In this document: positions 59,761 through 64,000 of the stretch, one piece after another
How the letters are laid out: each line of letters starts with the position of its first letter
Numbering within the stretch: position 1 is the first letter of the stretch
Source: Amphiscolops sp. MND2022
Taxonomy: Eukaryota
Direction of reading: 5' to 3'
DNA length: 64,000 bases
Assembly (NCBI GenBank): GCA_964187785.1
Contig: OZ076418.1
Coordinates: 24,862,001-24,926,000, forward strand
Notes under the pieces: generated by a model
Told to the model about the DNA's origin: nothing
The model's input: the letters and a program-made list of their open reading frames with translations, nothing else
The model's database searches: none
Made by a program: the position numbers and the translations under genes

Positions 59761-60989
59761 TCGAGTTAGGACCAATTAGATCAATCTTTCAACGGTTTTC
59801 TCACATCCGTAACAACTGCTTCTCTAGATGCCCTGAAGAATGCTTTCTCATCTTTTCCATGGTTAACTTTGCCTTTCATTGTGAAAAAGGCTAAGTTTTT
59901 GGTAATATAAAGTTCGTATTTACGAGAAAGAGAGGGTTTAATATTGTATTAAGGGCCAAACGAACTGCATTTGATCACAAATCGAGGCAAGTGCCTATTC
60001 TATTATGTTCAAAATTATGCTTTTGGTAGGCAAAAGAGCAAAAAGAATTTAAAAAGTATTTATAAATGAACATCGAAAAATGACAAACGGTGTTAAACAA
60101 TGGCTAGCAAGACCTATTCAAAATATATTTTATGGAAAAAAGTTTTTTGTATATATTTTTATCGAAATACGGATTTTTGACGAACCCGCGGTGTCAAACA
60201 AGTCCCAATATAGCGAAATACCCTTTCCGCCAAACGGACTGGTTATTGGTTTACTTCAACAGTACTGCTGCGGCAACATTCATCATTTTGTAAATATATA
60301 CGACAAATCAAAAACGACTATCTTACCAATTGGCTTTGACAAGACCTAACCGAATACAGAAATAAAGTCAAAATATTTGATATATAGCTTTTATTATCAC
60401 TATATGCGTATTTACAAAAACGGTCTTTTTACTGTAGAGATGGAAAAAATGTTTGAACTCGTTTGGTTACAAACAGTCGTTCAAACGCGGTTTGCTGATT
60501 GTGCAATGTCAGAAAAATTCAACCAATACGTTTTGTTGAAACTTCATAATAAAAAACATCAGAACAAAAACTCAGAACAAAAATCAGAACTTCCGGTGGG
60601 ATAACAGTAATCAATAGTAAACGTACACTGCCGTTCATAGGTCCAAAAAGGAGATCCTATGGCCTGCAAACCTGAAATTTCTTTCTCACTTCTTTCTATG
60701 ATTAGTAGCGGTAGTTTCGTTGATTTGACTGTTGTTTTTTCTGTCTACCCACATTTTACCAAGAAAAAAATTTTTCGTTAACGTCTTGATATCTTTCTTT
60801 CATCGGCTGGAAATCTTCCGCGTTGTACAGTGTTGAGTTATTCGGCATGATGGTGACTCAAGTGCCCGAGGCGATCGCAAATTTTTTTACGAGGAGGCGA
60901 TCAAGCGATGAAGGAAAGATTCATCTCAACTTGAACACCGTAATGCTGTTGCTCTCTGGTATTCGTTGGTTTTATTTGTACAATGCGGT

Positions 60990-61700
60990 GGATTTTCTCT
61001 TTTTTAATTTTTTCTTCTTTTTCTCTTACTAAGAACCTTTTTCTCATAAAGAATTACTTTACCTCTTACAAAGTCCTTCACTTGAAATTTGGATTGTTTC
61101 GGGTTATTGGAAATACTAGGTGGATATATTGGTTCAATATTATTTTCAAAAGGTGTCATACGGGTTGTTCCATGGACACAATTATGATACTTTTCCAATG
61201 CAGCATCATGGTGTTTCAACCAACAAGCATTACTTTCAAAATACCTTGGTTCTTTTCAACAAAAACAGCTTTTATATCTGAATTGATTAAACAAGTTTAT
61301 ATTTCATATATTAAAACAAATACTAAAATGGTGTTTTATATAATTCTATCTCTATCGGAACACACTTTATTTGTTTTCTTCTCTCTTTTTCAATGAGAGT
61401 TTCAAAAGCTTGCGTAGTTGTCAAGCCAAATTTCTTAGGTAGAGGATTGCCCATGCATATTTGGTATCATTATCAGTTAGTGTAAAAACAAACTTGCTGT
61501 TTTTGTTTTTTGCTTAGAAAGATTTTTCTATAAGATCAACACACCAACAATCGTCTTTATATTGGGTTTGTATTTTGAAGTGTTCTAAGCTTTTGAATAC
61601 GGGAGACGATATTTCGTTAGCAAATTCTCTTTTAATACAATTCATTTGTTTAGGTTTGTAAGTATTTGCAAAGAGCTGCCTCTTAGTAATCTTAGTGAAT
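60990..61700 (-). pseudogene. Maverick/Polinton-type integrase remnant
   Basis: FANEISSP...DDCWCVDL...FTLTDNDTKYAWAI, SDRDRELY, KYHNCVHGTTRMTPFE...KFQVKDFVR, matching Polinton integrase motif order. Confidence 0.85.
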
Positions 61701-62186
61701 CATGTTTTTAGCAATATTACTAAGGGATGATTCTTAGTAATCTTAGTAATCTAATTGAATCGTTTCACTGAGGAATTCACTATGGGCTGACTTTAGTAAT
61801 CTCAATAGAATTCATAAATCTTTTTACGAAAAATTCTAAATAAATAAAGTGTTTAATTTGTGATGAAAACTCTGAACACTCAATTTGTTTTGACTGTAAG
61901 TTTTTATTAAGAAGTAAATAGTGCAACAATTTAAAATCACAATTCTGTAAAAAATGAGGATTCGTTCGGTAAGTGTATTGATTGTTTCAAAAACAAATAA
62001 AACTGTGAAATCTGCATTCGTGGAATCATCAAAACATTATTATCAAAACATATGAAAACCATTCGTACAAAGAAAATTGATTGAAATAAAAATGACATAC
62101 TTAAAAGTATTTCAAACGGAAGATTTGACGAAATAATGATCAAACTGATTAAAAAGATACAATTGAGGAATCTAATAATACAATAA

Positions 62187-62700
62187 AAATTATTAATGGT
62201 TGGTCCTTTATTTTGTAGTGAAAACTATTTGTTATTGAAGAAATTAAATCTAATACGCATGGATAACACTGAACAACAAATAAAAAGAATAACAAGATCT
62301 CCGGAACAATACAAAAACATACAACGAGAGGGAAATTCAGAAGACTAAGAAGGTTGAAGAATTTAAGATTTTCAGAATTGCTATGTTGTGTTTGATGTTG
62401 TGTTGGAAGTAACCAAAAATCAATTGATCTATTTTCTACTAAAGAAAGACATAATGATTTTGATGTTTATTATTTATCACAATTGTATTTCAATATAACT
62501 AAAAGAACAATTAGAAACAACAGTAACATTCTAATTTTGTTTCAACAAACGTTGAAATATGTAGACCTTACATACAGAGACATAGCTGGTTTTAATGTCT
62601 TCTGAAGAGTAAAAAAGTTGAGACAGTGAGGCATAGAAAGAAAAATACAACTATTGAATAATACACAGGCTAGAAGATGGAATTAAAAAGGAATTCAAAA
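62187..62700 (+). pseudogene. Maverick/Polinton packaging ATPase remnant
   Basis: Decayed Walker A (MVGPLFCSEN), ITRSPEQY, Walker B region YVVFDV, then FSTKERHNDFDVYYLSQLYFNITKRTIRNNSNILILFQQ. Confidence 0.85.
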
Positions 62701-64000
62701 TCCGTAATTAATCTATCAAACATTTGAAAATCTTCAAAAGCACACGGATCTTCTTTGAAGTAGAAAAAATAAACTTATAAGGCTTTCATTATTTTGAATT
62801 TGTCATAATTTCTTTCATTACCTTATATTTTTGCAAAACCTCCAAGTCTTTGAATATTTCCTCTCCTAGTTGTTCTAAACAGTACCACAATAAATCTGAT
62901 AGACTTTCCAGCTTTTATTTACGTTGAAAACTTTTTCTGTTAAATTCTTGCCCTTTTTCCAATTCATTGGATTAATCATCGAGTATTTATAGACAATTTT
63001 CAAAGTTAATCAAAGTTTATGAAGCTTTATTTAGAAACAGAAGTGTTTTGATGTTGATTTGTAATACACTCAAACTCTGATAAATTATCTGTAATTTCTA
63101 CGATTTAATAATCGAATTGAGAATAACCATTTTCTCCTTCTTTCTGGTTGTATTATAATTTAAAATGATCTACGATCTCCACTCAATCAGATGGGAAAAA
63201 TTTTTTTCCATTTCCGGAAATAGATTGGGTTTGAATTTCTGTTAAACGTTTACTGAAGTTGTGTCTGTCAGACCTCTTATCTCCTGCGTTGATTTTATAC
63301 TGCATGTCAGTTCAAAAAGTGTAAATTCAGCCCACGTTCTGCATTTCTCTGACACATTGTGTGTTATTTATAAAGTACGAAAGATGTTGACTATCTAATT
63401 TGTATGTGTTACCCTTGCTTAGAAAATTCATTGTTGACTTTTTGATTAGTACTTATTGAGGATTGGTGTTGTGAATTTGGAATAGGTTTGAACTTCTTGA
63501 CACAGGTTCTAAACCTAAATGACTTTGTTTTTGTCTTTGATATGGTTTTCACAATTGAACTTTTAACTTGGTTGGTATCACCAAAAAGAGTGAGAAGTTG
63601 ATTATTACATGCGGTAACTTCAACATCTTCTTGTATTCCATCTTCACTTGATCTTTGTAGATTTTAATCCAAAGCGTTACTAGATTCCTGTATTACATCA
63701 GTCTGACTTTCAATTGCTTGTGTTGTAGTTTGAGAAGAATCATGTAGTGCTTGTATTTGCTTTTCAGAAAATAGTTGTTGTTTAATTGGTTTTTTTGGTC
63801 AGTACTGGGTTCAAAAACTTCATGCATATCGTAATGAAAGTCTTGCTTCCCAAGTTTTTCGTTCAATCTGTCAGCTTTCGATAATGACTTTCCCTCTTGC
63901 AAATTTTTCATTTATCCAAATCATCACGATTATGAGAAAAATACCTTCTGTATTTATTACTAATTTTTGTTTTTAATTATAAAAGACAAAAAAAAAGATT

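Larger units (their letters stand above)
60990..64000. mobile_element. Decayed Maverick/Polinton-like element running off the window end
   Basis: Very AT-rich block with integrase (-), ATPase (+), a CxxC...KH finger remnant (~62003-62060) and further broken - strand ORFs (63693-63911 and ~63100-63200). Left boundary uncertain. Confidence 0.75.

Overview
AT-rich eukaryotic (animal-like) genomic DNA dominated by repeats; I see no prokaryotic gene organisation, so most short ORFs in the track are spurious or antisense to transposon ORFs. Main content: (1) a perfect 323-bp palindrome at 3.2-3.5 kb; (2) an 8-kb satellite region (8.0-16.2 kb) made of 28-31-bp monomers in a 179-bp higher-order repeat, split into three arrays by three copies of a ~790-bp spacer; (3) two full-length but frameshifted Ty3/Gypsy (Mag-like) LTR elements with LTRs, PBS and 5-bp TSDs (18030-24118, 37608-43558), a third decayed relative (28.6-31.9 kb), a gag fragment of another LTR family (47.3-47.9 kb) and a 3'-truncated BEL/Pao element (47.9-53.5 kb); (4) a decayed Maverick/Polinton (integrase plus packaging ATPase) from ~61 kb to the window end; (5) dispersed non-autonomous repeats ending in CTTGTT, some with a tRNA-Ala-like cassette; (6) host exons on the + strand, best supported being a compact spliced gene encoding an 83-aa secreted ShK-fold peptide with a 35-aa loop insertion and an extra cysteine (26809-27515). 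All calls come from manual reading and translation; no database searches were run.
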